Of a stretch of 64,000 bases of DNA, positions 50,573 through 63,678 are shown one piece after another. The DNA is taken from NCBI GenBank assembly GCA_030390025.1, contig CM059432.1:30320001-30384000 (forward strand), read 5' to 3'. How positions within the stretch are numbered: position 1 is the stretch's first letter; the number at the start of each line of letters is the position of its first letter. Source of the DNA: Squalus acanthias (taxonomy: Eukaryota). Both the position numbers and the translations under genes were made by a program. The notes under the pieces were generated by a model, which ran no database searches, was not told the origin of the DNA, and worked only from the letters and a program-made list of their open reading frames with translations.

Positions 50573-51125
50573 ATTCTCTCTAACTCAGAGTTATAGGGCT
50601 GGATTTTGCCAGGCCCGAGGAGGAGGGAATGGAGGCGTGTGGGGTGTTAAAATAGCAAAAAATGGCGGGCGAGCCTGACCCCGCCTCCATCCCGCCTCCG
50701 AGTAATTTTCCCCAATGCGTGGTTTCTGATCCCGTCTCCGTCCCGCCTCCAAGAGGCGGGATACGCCTTTAAGGCCCTTACCAACAACTTAATTGCCTCT
50801 ATAATCCCATTTTGAGAGGCCTTTCTGATTTTAACACTTTTCCCACGTGATGCACGCCTCCTCTGACACACGACGGTGAAACCTGGCGGTAACAGAATTG
50901 GATTGCTGAGTATCAGCTGCAGCTCCACCATTAAAAAGGAGATTTGATCAATCATCATTTGCAGGTGGCAGAACTTTGTTGTCTCATGTCTGGGGGAACA
51001 TTTAACAGGCCTAACCATTGCTGTGGAAGTTTGGAGCCTGACACCCATCTCCAGTGTGACCTCCTGGGAAACCCCTCTCCCCACCTTGAATGAGCGCTTC
51101 CTCAACTGAGTCATATACCAGAAGT

Positions 51126-52341
51126 ATGGGAACCATTTATTTCCTTTCCTCCTGGACATCAGATGAGGACGAACACCAGCCATGGCAGCAGCAGAATCCT
51201 GAACACCAGCAGCACCAACTGCAGGAGCAACAGCAGCAGCTCCAAGCTACTGCTCACCCACCTGAAGCTGCACAGGCCAGAGGGTGCCAGCGCATGGAAG
51301 CACGTCGGCGCAGGAGATACCCCCAAAACAGGGTCTACAGACAGAGGATCAGCTACCTCAGCATGACTGAGCAGCAGTGCCGAAGGCGGCTACGACTTTT
51401 GCAAGAGATAGTGGGTGACATCTGCGCAATGGTGGAGCAAGACCTGGAGCCCAGAGGAGCAGGTGGACACCCCTTACCAGTGCCCATCAAAGTCACCACC
51501 GCACTCAACTTTTTTGCCTCAGGCTCATTCCAGTGATCAGCAGCAGACATCAGCGGCATCTCCCAGGCGGCCGCACACACTTGCATCACGCAGGTAACCG
51601 ATGCCCTCTTTGCCATCGCGCACAATCACATCCATTTCTCCAAGGATCAAGCCAGGTTTGACAATCTGGCAGGCTTTCCAAGGGTGCAGGGCGTCGTTGA
51701 CTGCACACGTGGCCCTTAAGGCACCCCATCACAATCCAGGTATTTTTGTCAACCGCAAGGGCTTCCACTCCCTCAACGTACAGCTGGTGTGTGATCACAA
51801 GAAGGAAATTTTGCATGTTTGCACCAAGTACCCTGGCAGTTGCCATGACTCCTTCATCCTGCGCCAGTCTAGTGTGCCTCCACTCTTCAGTCCGCCAGAC
51901 CAACTTCACGGATGGCTACTTGGAGACAAGGGCTATCCCCTGAAGACATGGCTAATGACACCGTTTAGGAGCCCATCCAACGAAGCTGAGGAGTGCAACA
52001 ACTACAGCCACATTTCCACCAGATCCATAATCGAGCAAACCATCGGCTTGCTGAAGATGCGCTTCAGATGCCTGGATAGATCAGGTGGAGCCCTGCAGTA
52101 CTCAGCAGCCACGGTCTCGAGAATCGTCGTGGCTTGCTGTGCACTTCACAACATGGCACAGCGTCATGGCTTGCAGATTCCTGAGGACCAAGTGGCTCCT
52201 CACATATCCTCGTCAGATGAGGAGGAGGAGGAGGGTGAAAACGCTCATCTTGCAGAGGCGCATCAACCAGCGGCAGCAGTGCACGAGAATATTGCTGCCC
52301 AGAATGCAAGGAACGCACTCATCTTGGCCAGATTTGCTTAG
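51126..52341 (+). pseudogene. Harbinger transposase, copy B (stop at 51534-51536, deletion and frameshift ~51640-51710)
   Basis: Colinear with copy A; GDKGY and [15 protein letters not shown] motifs. Confidence 0.92.
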
Positions 52342-52598
52342 CCTAGCCAATCAAGCACTTTTTCCTCGCAGCTTCTTACCAGAGCATCGACAATGGCCAA
52401 GAACCAGCGGAATCCTAGCACTCTGACCACCATACTGACAATTGCAAGTCATCCTAAGCCCTCAATGTGGAAGTCCCATTAGCGATATGACACATGCCAC
52501 AACTGCAACAGTTGCCATCAGAATTTTTATTTACAGTCACCAACTGATGGCTTTTCAACATTAAACATCACATTTCACCCAAGTGACTCCCCTTGTGA

Positions 52599-54606
52599 CT
52601 ATTTGTGCAGTATCTTTCTCTTACGCGTGCTCATACGTGGTGGTTCCCCCTTGGCATCAGCAGATGTGGAAGCCCCTTGCTCACTTTCTTGCTGCTCGTG
52701 TCTTGACACCTTTGGCGGGCGTCCTCTGGGGTTGCAAACCTGTGAGGGCTCGGCAACAGTCTGCTGCTCCTGCGGCTGAGCAGGGGTTGAGACGCCGATC
52801 TCAGTTGGGTGGGGACTCTGGTGGGGTTCTGACCGAGGGCTTTGCAGTGTCATGGTCGTGTGAGCGCTTGGAGAGGAGCCCCTACTTCCTTGTTCTCTGC
52901 CACCAACATCCCTCTCATGGGTCAGCCCCACCTCCGAGCTAGCAAGTGGCTTGACAGCACCTTGCAGCACCTCAGGGGGGCCATGAGGACCCGGTTCTGC
53001 ACTGGAAGTCCTACTCCCGAGGACTTGCATGAAGGTCTGGTTTGTGTGCTCAATAGCTAACCATCGCTCCTCAAGAGATGTCATTCTATTCTGAACAATT
53101 ACCATGTTTTCCATACCCTGGCGACTAAGCTCCTCCATGGACATAGCCATCCTCTCCTCTACCGTAGCCATCCTCTCCTCTACGGTAGCCAGCCTCACCA
53201 TGGAGGTAGCCATCCCTTCCACGGAGGTTGCCATCCTTTCCGTGGTGATGCGTTCATGCGCCAACGCCTCCACAAATGCTCTGCTCATGTTCGCGATGGA
53301 CTCCTCCATTCGCTCCACACTCGCAGTGACCCTGGAGACAAAACCTGTCAGAGACTCCTGCACCTGTTCCTGGAGTTCCAGCACCGCTGTTCTTCTAGAT
53401 GGACCCAGAGGCAGAGGGTCGACATGCAGCTGAGCCGAGCTAGGAGAGTCCTGCACCCTCCGACTAGGACTCTCCACTGCTGTCCCTGTCTCCACCATCT
53501 GCTGATGCTCACTTGTGAGCTGTGATACACCAGGTGACAACACTACTCTCTCTCGCGATGGTCCCACCGAGGTGTGAGTGTCTGCGCTGGTGCTGTGTTG
53601 GCTGAATTCTGCTGACGCTGCGCCCTCAGATGTTGCAGCTTCCTCTGAGGAGTCTGGAGGCTCAGGCTGGTCCTCCTGGAGAGTGGGGACGGGTGCTTGC
53701 GATGGTCCTGTGGGGGAGTAAAGGAAAGAGTCAGAGATGTGAGGCCAAGGTTACATGCACAGTGCATATTGCAGATGGTCAGAAGTCCATCTGTTAGAGC
53801 TTCAGAATCATTATCAGCGACTCATGCAATGTCAATGAGAGAGATGAAAACTCTTCTGTCACCAGCTTGCTTTGATGTGCCCGTCTGTCCGTCCCCCACT
53901 TGCGCATCGTCCTCGACTCCCACGATCTCCAGGGCCGCCTCCTCCCAAGGGGTGAGCTGGGCTACTGAGGGTGGCCCTCCTCCTGTCCTCGCTCTTTCCC
54001 TCTTATTGTGAGCTCTCTTTTCCTGCAATGAGGGAGACAAGTGGAGTTTGAGTGAGAATGAAGGAGTGAGTGTAGAGAATCCATAGCATAGATGCTTAGA
54101 AGGAGTCAAAGATGGAGTGAGGTGGCAGGACCAAGGGCCCTCCCTGTGTGTTGTAAGTTGTTTTCATAGCATCACAGCGATAGGGAGTGTGAGGGCTGCA
54201 TAGTCAATAGTTAGGTGAATGTGAACATACAGAGAGAGGGATTGGGTAAGGGTGCAGGGATGTCAGTGTCAAGTGGGATGTGGAGGAAGAGGTTGCTAAA
54301 GCTGAGTGCTGGTGAGGAGAGGCAATGGGGATCAGATTGAGGGTGATGGGAAAGTCACACTCACTTTTCCAGTGCGCAGAAGGTCATGAAGCCTCTTCCT
54401 GCACTGAAGCCAGGTTCTGCGGATCAGTAACAACGAGTTGACCTCCTGTGCCACCTGGACCCACACAGCCTTCGTCTGCTGGGGAGGCTTCTTCCTCCCT
54501 GAAGAAGGGAATAGAGCACCTCCTTATTAACTCTTGTTCCCTCCACCAAAGCATGCAGGGCGACGTCATCAAATCTGGGAGCAGACTTAGGTCTCCTGCT
54601 GCTCAT
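52599..54606 (-). pseudogene. Harbinger Myb/SANT coiled-coil gene, copy B: exons 54606-54365, 54022-53863, 53707-52599; one frameshift in exon 1
   Basis: APRFDDVALHALVEG...W..VA.EVN...RTWLQCRKR..DL Myb/SANT motif; TGGGPP linker; GT-AG introns; exons 2 and 3 splice in frame. Confidence 0.88.
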
Positions 54607-56335
54607 TTTGCCTCCAGGTCCCTCTCACAGCAAAGGACAAAAGGTTGGCAGTCTGCAGAAGAAGCAAGGCTTCTTGCAGACCTTAAATGCAGCAGCAATG
54701 ATGACGTCATCGGAGGCAACTTTTACACTGAAAAAACTAATTGGGTCATGGGTTCCCACACGCTGGAACTCAAGTGCCCAATTAGGGGAAAATCGAATAA
54801 CTCTCCCTCCTCGACTTGGAGTCGGGTGGCTAACACGAAAAGAGGATGACACAACTCCAGCCCGCCCCATGACAAAATCGAGCCCAAAGAGTATAACACA
54901 CAAGAAGAGTTGGCTAAGAGTCAGTAAGAAGTTTACTGATGCACTTTATAAAATATCACATAATGTAACCATTCAGTAAAATGTGCCGCTCATTTGAAAA
55001 ATCTGATATAAGTAAAGGATGAAGCCTTCAGGTACAACAAGCCCAGCTTTAAAAAAAATTAAATCAGCCCTTCCTTCTCACCATATTCTTCAATCACTCC
55101 TGTCATCTAATTGTCTCCTAAACCCATTTATAATGCCAGTTTGCCAACCTTCCCTGGTAACATAATCAGTAAGTTGCTCATCCTTTGTGTGAAAAGATTC
55201 TGCCTGACTTCCCTTCTTATACCTAACTTCCTGATTGCTGACTTTCAGCTGTGGTGTGTGACAGCGTAGTGCCCTTTCCCTTTGAAACACACCCTTACCA
55301 GCCAAACCCTTCCCACCCTCTCCAGCATTTCTTACATGCCGATTGGTGAATTGACCCTCCCTGCCTCATCTCTGTAGTCTTGCTATTGGTAACTTTCAGC
55401 TCTGTGTATCTTAGCAGAATGCTTGCGTTGATTGGGTTGGACGCTGGGTAAAGCTAATGGGAAACACACACAGTTCCTCATGAGTGTAATCACTAGTGGT
55501 TTGTGTGATTGATTCTACTAACACCAAAGCCAACTGAAGGTTGTCAAAATCACATCATTTGATCTGTGACACAAAACATGTCATTAAAATGAAAGTAGTG
55601 GACTCGGTTTTTAAAATGCAGGAGACGTTTGACAGGTTGCGGCTGAGCGGATGACTATTCATCAATGTCGCCTTTGAAATGCGCTTGAGTTGGATGGTCC
55701 GGTGACAGGATGGGAGGGGAAGAATGGTGTATGCTTAGTGCTGATATTCACAGTGCACCTTATTTGGAGCATTGTGAGACCAGTCTGTGAGTCGGCCTGC
55801 AGTGATAATGGGCTTGATTTTACCAGCCCTGAGGAGGCAGGTTTGGAGGCGGGTCAGGTGGTAAAATGGCTAAAATGCCGGCGCGTTCCGATCCCACTGT
55901 CAACCCACCTCCGTGCAACTTTGCCAAAGGTGGGCTTGCAGACTCCCGTTCGGTCCCGCCACCAAGCTACGGGATAGGCCCTTAAGGCAGTTAACTGCTT
56001 GTTAACTGCCTGTGTAATCCTATTTTGCCTGCCCTTTTAAATTTTACCACATTTTCAGCATGTTCCACGTCGTTTCCAAACCACGCCAGCTAATTGTGTC
56101 GGGTTCACAAGTGGCTGCCTTCTTGACAGCTGCAGCTCCAGCATAAAAACTGAGCTCTCAACAAGGCTCAGTTGCAGGTGGCAGAACTTTGTTTCTTCAG
56201 GTCTTGGAAAACCTTTTGCAGGTCTACTGATCTTGGAAGTGATGAAGCTGAGATCCATCTCCACTGTGACCTCCTGGGAAAACCCTCTCCTCACATTGAC
56301 TGAACGCTCCTTCAACTGAGATATCTACCAGCAGC

Positions 56336-57557
56336 ATGGGAACTATTTATTTCCTGTCATCCTGGTCCTCAAATTCGGAGGAAGAGCAGCCAGCGGCAGC
56401 AGCAGAACCAGGAACAACAGCAGCACCAACAGCAGGAGTGCCAACCTCCTGTTCACTCACCTGATGCTGCACAGGGCAGAAGGTGTCAGCGCAAGGATGC
56501 ACGTCGCCGCAGGAGATACCCCCAACACAGGGTTTACAGGCTGAGGATGACCTTCCTCAAAATGACTGAGCAGCAGTGCCAAAGGAGGCTGAGACTTTCA
56601 CGAGATGTAGTCAGTGACATCTGCGCAATGCTGCACCAACACCTGGAGCCCAGAGGAGCAGGTGGACACCCCTTACCAGTGGCTGTCAAAGTCACCACCA
56701 CCCTCAATTTTTTTGCTTCAGTTTCCTTCCAGGGCTCATCAGCAGACATCAGCGGCATCTCCCAGTCGGCCGCACACACTTGCATCACGCAGGTAACCGA
56801 TGCCCTCTTTGCCAAGGCGCACAATTACATACACTTCTCGACGGATCAAGCAAGGGGAACCGCGCATGTGGTTGGCTTTGCAAATATGGCAGGCTTGCCA
56901 AGGGTGCAGGGTGTCGTAGACTGCACACATGTGGCCTTTAGGGCACCCCATCACAACCCAGCTGTTTTTGTCAACCGCAAGGCTTCCACTCCCTCAGCTG
57001 GTGTGTAACCACAGGAAGGACATTTTGCATGTTTGAGCGAAGTACCCTGGCAGTTGTCATGACTCGTTCATCCTGCGCCAGTCTAGTGTGCCTCCGCTCT
57101 TCAATCCGCCAAATCAACTTTCCAGGTGGCTCCTTGGAGACAAGAGCTATTCCCTGAAGACGTGGCTGATGACGCCGTTGAGGAGGCCATCGAATGAAGC
57201 TGAGGAGCGCTACAATGCCAGCCACATTTCCACCAGATCCATTATCGAGCAAACCATCGGCTTGCTGAAGATGCGATTCAGATACCTTGATAGATCAGGT
57301 GGAGCCCTACAGTATTCAGCAGCCAGGGTCTCCAGAATCGTCGTGGTCTGCTGTACACTTCACAACATCGCACAGCATTGTGGCTTGCAGCTGCCTGAGG
57401 AACAAGTGACTCAGCGCATAGCCTCCACAGTGAGGAGGAGGAGGAGGAGGAGGAGGAGGAAGACATTGCGGAGGCGGATGCGCCAGTTCCAGCATCTCGC
57501 GAGCACATTGCTGCCCGTGATGCAAGGGATTCACTAATCTTTGCCAGATTTGCTTAA
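56336..57557 (+). pseudogene. Harbinger transposase, copy C (several frameshifts)
   Basis: VVDCTH, LLGDKSY and IEQTIG motifs over ORFs 56547-57008 and 57088-57537. Confidence 0.9.
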
Positions 57558-57832
57558 GCAGACGAATCAAGCAAATGTGGCTGGCACCTTCTTAACACAC
57601 CATAGACAATGGACAAGAACCTGTGGGTTCCTATCACTCTCACCACCACCATTACAAATGCAAGTCGCCCTGAGCCCTCAATGTGAAACTTCCATTTCCG
57701 AGATCACATAGGCCAGAACTTCAACTGTTTGCCATCACTTCTGTTTAATCCATTCACAAAAGGATGACAATGTCAAATATTAAAGAAAACAAAAGACAAC
57801 AGAACAGAACACCCAAGTGACTACACTTGTGA

Positions 57833-59772
57833 CTAATTGTGCTTTATCTTCCTCTTATGCGTGCTTCTACATGGTGCCTCCCCTGTGGCTTCTGCAGATG
57901 TGGAGGCACCTTGCTCACTTTCATGCTGTTCCTGCTTCAACACCTTTGGCGGGCGTCCTCTGGGTTTGCGAACCTGTGAGGGCTCGGCAACAGTCTGCTG
58001 CCTCCTGCGTCTGTGCAGGGGCTGAGACGCCCATCTCAGTTGGGTGAGGACTCTGGTGGGGCTCTGACTGAGGACTACTCAGTGGCATGGGAGTGTGAGC
58101 GCGTGGAGAGGTAGCCCCCTACTTCCTTGTTGCCTGCCACCAACATCCCTCTCATGGGTCAGCCCCACTTCAGTGCTAGCAAGTGGCTTGACAGCACCTT
58201 GCTGCACATCAGGGGGGCCATGAGGACCCGTATCTGCACTGGCAGTCCTACTCAAAAGGACTTCCATGAAGCTCTGGTTTCTCTGCTCAATAGCTGCCCA
58301 TCGCTCCTCCAGAGATGTCAGCCTATTCTGAACATTCACCAAGTTTTCCTGACTCTGGCGACTTATTTCCTCCATGGCCATAGCCAGCCTTTCCACGGAG
58401 GTTGCCATCCTTTCCGTGGTGGTGCGTTCATGCACCATTGCCTCCAAAAAGGCACTTCTCGTATTAAACATGGACTCCTCCATCCTCTCCACACTTGCAG
58501 TAACCCTGGAGACAAAACCTGCCAGAGACTCCTGCATTTGTTCCTGGAGTTCCAGCACCGCTCTCTTTCTGGATGGACCCAGAGGCACAGGGTCCACATG
58601 CAGCTGAGCAGAGCTGGGAGCGCCCTGCGGCCTCCGACGAGGACTCTCCACTGCTGTCCCTGTCTCCACCATCTGCTGATGCTCACTTGTTAGCTGTGAT
58701 ACACCAGGTGACAACGCTACCCTATCTCCCGAAGGTCCCACCGAGGTGCGCGTTTCTGCGCTGGTGCTGGGTGCACTTAATTCTGCTGACGCTGCGCCCT
58801 CAGAGGTTGCAGCTTCCTCTGAGGAGTCTTCTGGCTTTGCTTCTTCCTCCTGGACAGTGGGGAGGGGGACTGTCGATGGTCCTGTGGGGGAGTAAAGGCA
58901 TGAGTTAGACATGTGATATTAACGTAGCAGGCACATGGACTTGTGCAGATGATCATAAGTCAATCTGTATGAGCATCAGAAGCCATATTAGTTACTCATG
59001 CAATGTAAATGAGAGAGATGTAAAACTATTCTGTCACCAGCTTGCTCTGATGCGCCCGTCTGTCCGTCCCCCACTTCCAGATCCTCCTCGGCTCCCACGA
59101 TCTCTAGGGCTGCCTCCTCAGCGCTGGTGAGATGGGCTACTGAGGGTGGCCCTCCTCCTGTCTTCGCCATTTCTCTCTTATTGTGGGCTCTCTTTTCCTG
59201 CAATGAGGGACACAAGTGGAGTTTGAGTGAGAATGATGGAGTGAGTGTAGGGAATTAATAGCATAGATGCTTAGAAGGAGACAAAGATGGAGTGAGGTCC
59301 CAATACCAAGGGCCCTCCCTGTGTGTTGTTGTTATTGCATAACAGTGATAGGGAGTGTGAGGGCAGCATAGTCGAATTGTGAAGTGATTGTGTACATAGA
59401 GAGAGAGGGATGGTTAAGGGTGCAAGGGATGTAAGGGTAAAGTGGGATGTGTAGGAGTAGGTTGACAATGCAGAGTGCTGATGCTGAGAGGATATGGGGA
59501 GCAGAATGAAGGTAAAGGTGATGGTCTACTTACTTTTCCTGTGCGGAGAAGGTCATTGAACCTCTTTCGGCACTGCAGCCAGGTTCTGCTGCACAACGAT
59601 CTGGAGCTTACCTTCTGTGCCACTTGTAGACACACAGCTTTGGTCTTCTGGGGAGATTTTTCCTCCCAGAGGAAGGAACGAGCACCTCCTTTTGAGCTCT
59701 GGCTCCCTCCACCAGAGCATGGAGGCAGTCATCATCGAAGCGAGGTGAGGCCTTGGGCCTTGAGCTAGACAT
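57833..59772 (-). pseudogene. Harbinger Myb/SANT gene, copy C: exons 59772-59534, 59197-59038, 58881-57833
   Basis: MSSSRPKASPRFDDDCLHALVEG...RTWLQCRKRFNDLLRTGK; same intron positions as copy B. Confidence 0.87.
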
Positions 59773-60521
59773 TTCAGGAGTATCAAACACTTAGCACAGT
59801 AGTCACTCTGGAAGTACAGAGGGAGAAAATGAACCAAGGCTGCTTGGAGCCCTTAAAAGCAGCTGGATAAATGACGTCAGCAGAGGCGAGTTTCAGACCC
59901 GAACGACTAATTGGGCCAGAGGAGCGCACACGCAGCGAATCAATTGCCCAATTAGGGCAAAATCGCAAATTTATCCCGCCTGACAGTGGAGGCGGGAGCG
60001 GCACCCAACCCGCCTCCATTAGTAAAATTGCGGCCAATGTGTCAAATACAGACACCATTTCAACCATTGGCTTAATTTAATAATTAATAATTCTTTAATC
60101 AAATCAGCTGAACTGAAAATAACAATTGGAGCAGACTTGATGGGGCCGAGAGTCTTTCCTCACCTTTCTTTTCATATGTAATAGTGTTGATGATTGGAAT
60201 ATATCACATGACCTCCTTGAATAAGTCTGTGAATTTAGTGCAGCTAGAATTTAACTTGGATGGTTCTATACTGTGGACCCGTAGCTGCTAAGAATTGGGC
60301 TGAGTCTGCCCTAGATCATTTTAAAATAGGACCATTTGAGCCTACAGAGAAATTTTTTTTTTCATCTAGCAGTGTCAACTGGGCTTGAACTCAACACGCA
60401 GAGGTGCGAAGACAGTGCTACCCATTTGAATTCTCCTTTGAATCTGTAAGCTTTCTTTTACAACAACAATAACAACATACTTTATTTAGTGCATATAACA
60501 TAGAAAAATATCCCAAGGTGC

Positions 60522-63500
60522 TTTTTTTTATATTCGTTCCTTGGATGTGAGTGTCGCTGGCAAGGCCAGCATTTATTGCCCACCCCTAATTGCCCTTGAG
60601 AACGTGGTGGTGAGCCACCTTCTTGAACCGCTGCAGTCCTTGTGGTGAAGATACTCCCATCAAGCTGTAAGGGAGGGAGTCCAGGATTTTGACCCAGCGA
60701 CGTTGAAGGAACAGCGATATATTTCCAAGTCAGGATGGTGTGTAACTTGGAGGGAACTTGCAGGTGGTGGTGTTCCCATGCGCCTGCTGCCCTTGTACTT
60801 CTAGGTGGTAGAGATCCCGAGTTTGGGAGGTGCTGCTGAAGAAGCCTTGGCGAGTTGCTGCAGTGCATCTTGTAGATGGTACACACTGCAGCCACGGTAC
60901 GCCGGTGGTGAAGGGAGTGAATGTTTAAGGTGGTGGATGGGGTGCCAATCAAGCGGGCTGATTTGTCCTGGATGGTGTCGACTTTCTTGAGTTTTGTTGG
61001 AGCTGCACTCATCCAGGCAAGTGGAGAGTATTTCATCACACTCCTGACTTGTGCCTTGTAGATGGTGGAAAGGTTTTGGGGAGTCAGGAGGTGAGACACT
61101 CGCCGCAGAACACTCAGCCTCTGACCTGCTCTTGTAGCCACAGTAGTTATGTAGCTGGCCCAGTTAAGTTTCTGGTCAATGGTGACCCCCAGGATGTTGA
61201 TGGTGGGGGATTCGGCGATGGTAATGCCATTGAATGTCAATGGGCGGGGGTTAGACTCTCGCTTGTTGGAGATAGTCATTGCCTGGCACTTGTGTGGCGC
61301 GAATGTCACTTGCCACTTATCAGCCCAAGCCTGAATGTTGTCCAGGTCTTGCTGCATGCGGGCAGGAACTGCTTCATTATCTGGGGAGTTGCGAATAGAA
61401 TTAAACACTGTGAAATCATCAGCAAACATCCTCACTTCTGACCTTATGTTGGAGGGAAGGTCATTGATGAAGCAGCTGAAGATGGTTGGGCCTAGGACAC
61501 TGCCCTGCAGAACTCCTGCAGTGATATCCTGGGGCTGAGATGATTGACCTCCAATAACCACAACCATCTTCCTTTGTGCTAGGTATGAATCCAGCCAGTG
61601 GAGAGTTTTCACCCCGATTCCCATTGACCTCCATTTTACTAGGGCTCCTTGATGCCACACTCGGTCAAATGCTGCCTTGATGTCAAGGGCAGTCACTCTC
61701 ACCGCACCTCTGGAATTCAGCTGCTTTGTCCATGTTTGGACCAAGGCTGTAATGAGGTCGAGAGCCGAGTGGTCCTGGCGGAACCCAAACTGGGCATCAG
61801 TGAGCAGGTTATTGGTGAGGAAGTACCACTTGATTGCACTGTCGACGACACCTTCCATCACTTTGCTGATGATTGAGAGTAGACTGATGGGGTGGTAATT
61901 GGACGGATTGGATTTGTCCTGCTTTTTGTGGACAGGACATACCTGGGCAGTTTCCACATTGTTGGGTAGATGCCAGTGTTGTAGCTGTACTGGAACAGCT
62001 TGACTAGAGGTGCGGCTAGTTCTGGAGCGCAAGTTTTCAACACGACAGCCGGGATGTTGTCTGAGCCCCACAGCCTTTGCTGTATCCAGTGCTCTCAGCT
62101 GTTTCTTGATATCACGTGGAGTGAATCTAATTGGCTGAATACTGGCTTCTGTGATGGTGGGGACCTCAGGAGGAGGCCGATATGGATCATCCACTCAGCA
62201 CTTCTGGCTGGAGACAGTTGCAAACGCTTCAACCTTGTCTTTTGCACTCACGTGCTGGGCTCCACCATCATTTAGGATGGGGATATTCACAGAGCCTCCT
62301 CCTCCTCCTGTTAGTTGTTTAATTGTCCACCACCATTCACGACTGGATGTGGCTGGACTGCAGAGCTTTGATGTGATCCGTTGATTGTGGGATCACTTAG
62401 CTCTGTCTATAGCATGCTGCTTCACTGATTAGCATGCATGTAGTCCTGTGTTGTAGCTTCCCTAGGTTGGCACCTCATTTTTAGGTACACTTGCTGCTGC
62501 TCCTGGCATGCTCTTCTGCACTCCTCATTGAACCAGGGTTGGTCCCCTGGTTTGATGGTAATGGTAGAGTGAGGGATATGCTGGGCCATGAGGTTACAAA
62601 TTGTGGTGGATTCAATTCTGCTGCTGCTGATGGCCCACAGCGCCTCATGGATGCCCGGTTTTGAGCTGCTAGATCTGTTCTGAATCTATTCCATTTAGCA
62701 CGGTGGTAGTGCCACACAACACGATGGAGGGTGTCCTTAGTGTGAAGACGGGTCTACATCTCCACAAGGATTCTACAGTGGTCACTGCTACCAATGCTGT
62801 CATGGACAGATGGATCTGCGACAGGTAGATTGGTGAGGACGAGGTCAAGTAGGTTTTTCCCTCGTGTTGGTTCTCTCACCACCTCTCGCAGGCCCAGTCT
62901 CGCAACTATGCCCTTTAGGACGCGGCCAGCTCAGTTAGTAATGGTGCTGCTAAGCCACTCTTGGTGATGGACATCGAAATCCTCCACCCAGAGTACATTC
63001 TATGCCCTTGCTACCATCAATGCTTTTTCCAAGTGGTGTTCAACATGGAGGAGTACTGATTCATCAGCTGAGAGAGGGCAGTAGGTGGTAATCAGCAGGG
63101 GGTTTCCTTGCCCATGCTTGACCTGAAGCCATAAGACTTCATGGGGTCCGGAGTCAATGTTGAGGACTCCCAGGGCCACTCCCTCCCGACTGTAAAGCAC
63201 TGTGCCGCCACCTCTGGTGGGTCTGTCCTGCCGGTGGGACAGGACATACCCAGGGATGGTGATGGAGGAGTTTGGGACATTGGCTGAAAGGTATGATTCT
63301 GTGAGTACGACTGTGTCAGGCTGTTGCTTGACTAGTCTGTGGGACAGCTCTCCCAATTTTGGCACAAGTCCCCAGATGTTGGTGAGGAGGACTTTGTAGG
63401 GTCGACTGTGCTGGGTGTGCCGTTGTCATGACCGAAGCCGATGGCAGGTGGTCCGTCTGGTTTTATTCTTCTTATTGTTTTTCGCAGCGTTTTTTTTACT

Positions 63501-63678
63501 ACTGAGTGGCTTGCTAGGCCATTTCATAAGGCAGTTAAGAGTCAACCATATTGCTGTGGGTCTGGAGTCACATATAGGCCAGACCAGGTAAGGACTGCAG
63601 ATTTCCTTCCCATTAGTGAACCAGATGGGTTTTTATGACAATCTGATAGTTTCATGGTATCACCATAACTGAAACTAA
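60522..63678 (-). mobile_element. Non-LTR retrotransposon with a single APE-RT pseudo-ORF (~63400-60700) and a SINE-like 5' leader; clade not assigned
   Basis: EN start KVLLTNIWGLVPKLGEL, VLTESYL, RGGG; RT NYHPISLLS, QFGFR, DIKAAFDRVWH, QGSVLGP, FADD; A-rich 3' tail at 60522. Confidence 0.9.

Larger units (their letters stand above)
50596..54885 (+). mobile_element. Full-length PIF/Harbinger copy B (4.3 kb)
   Basis: TIRs GGGCTGGATTTTG / CAAAATCGAGCCC; flanks ATA / AAA; transposase (+) and Myb gene (-) convergent. Confidence 0.95.
55810..60035 (+). mobile_element. Full-length PIF/Harbinger copy C (4.2 kb, more divergent)
   Basis: TIRs GGGCTTGATTTTAC / GTAAAATTGCGGCC; AAT TSD; same gene layout as copy B. 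Confidence 0.93.
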
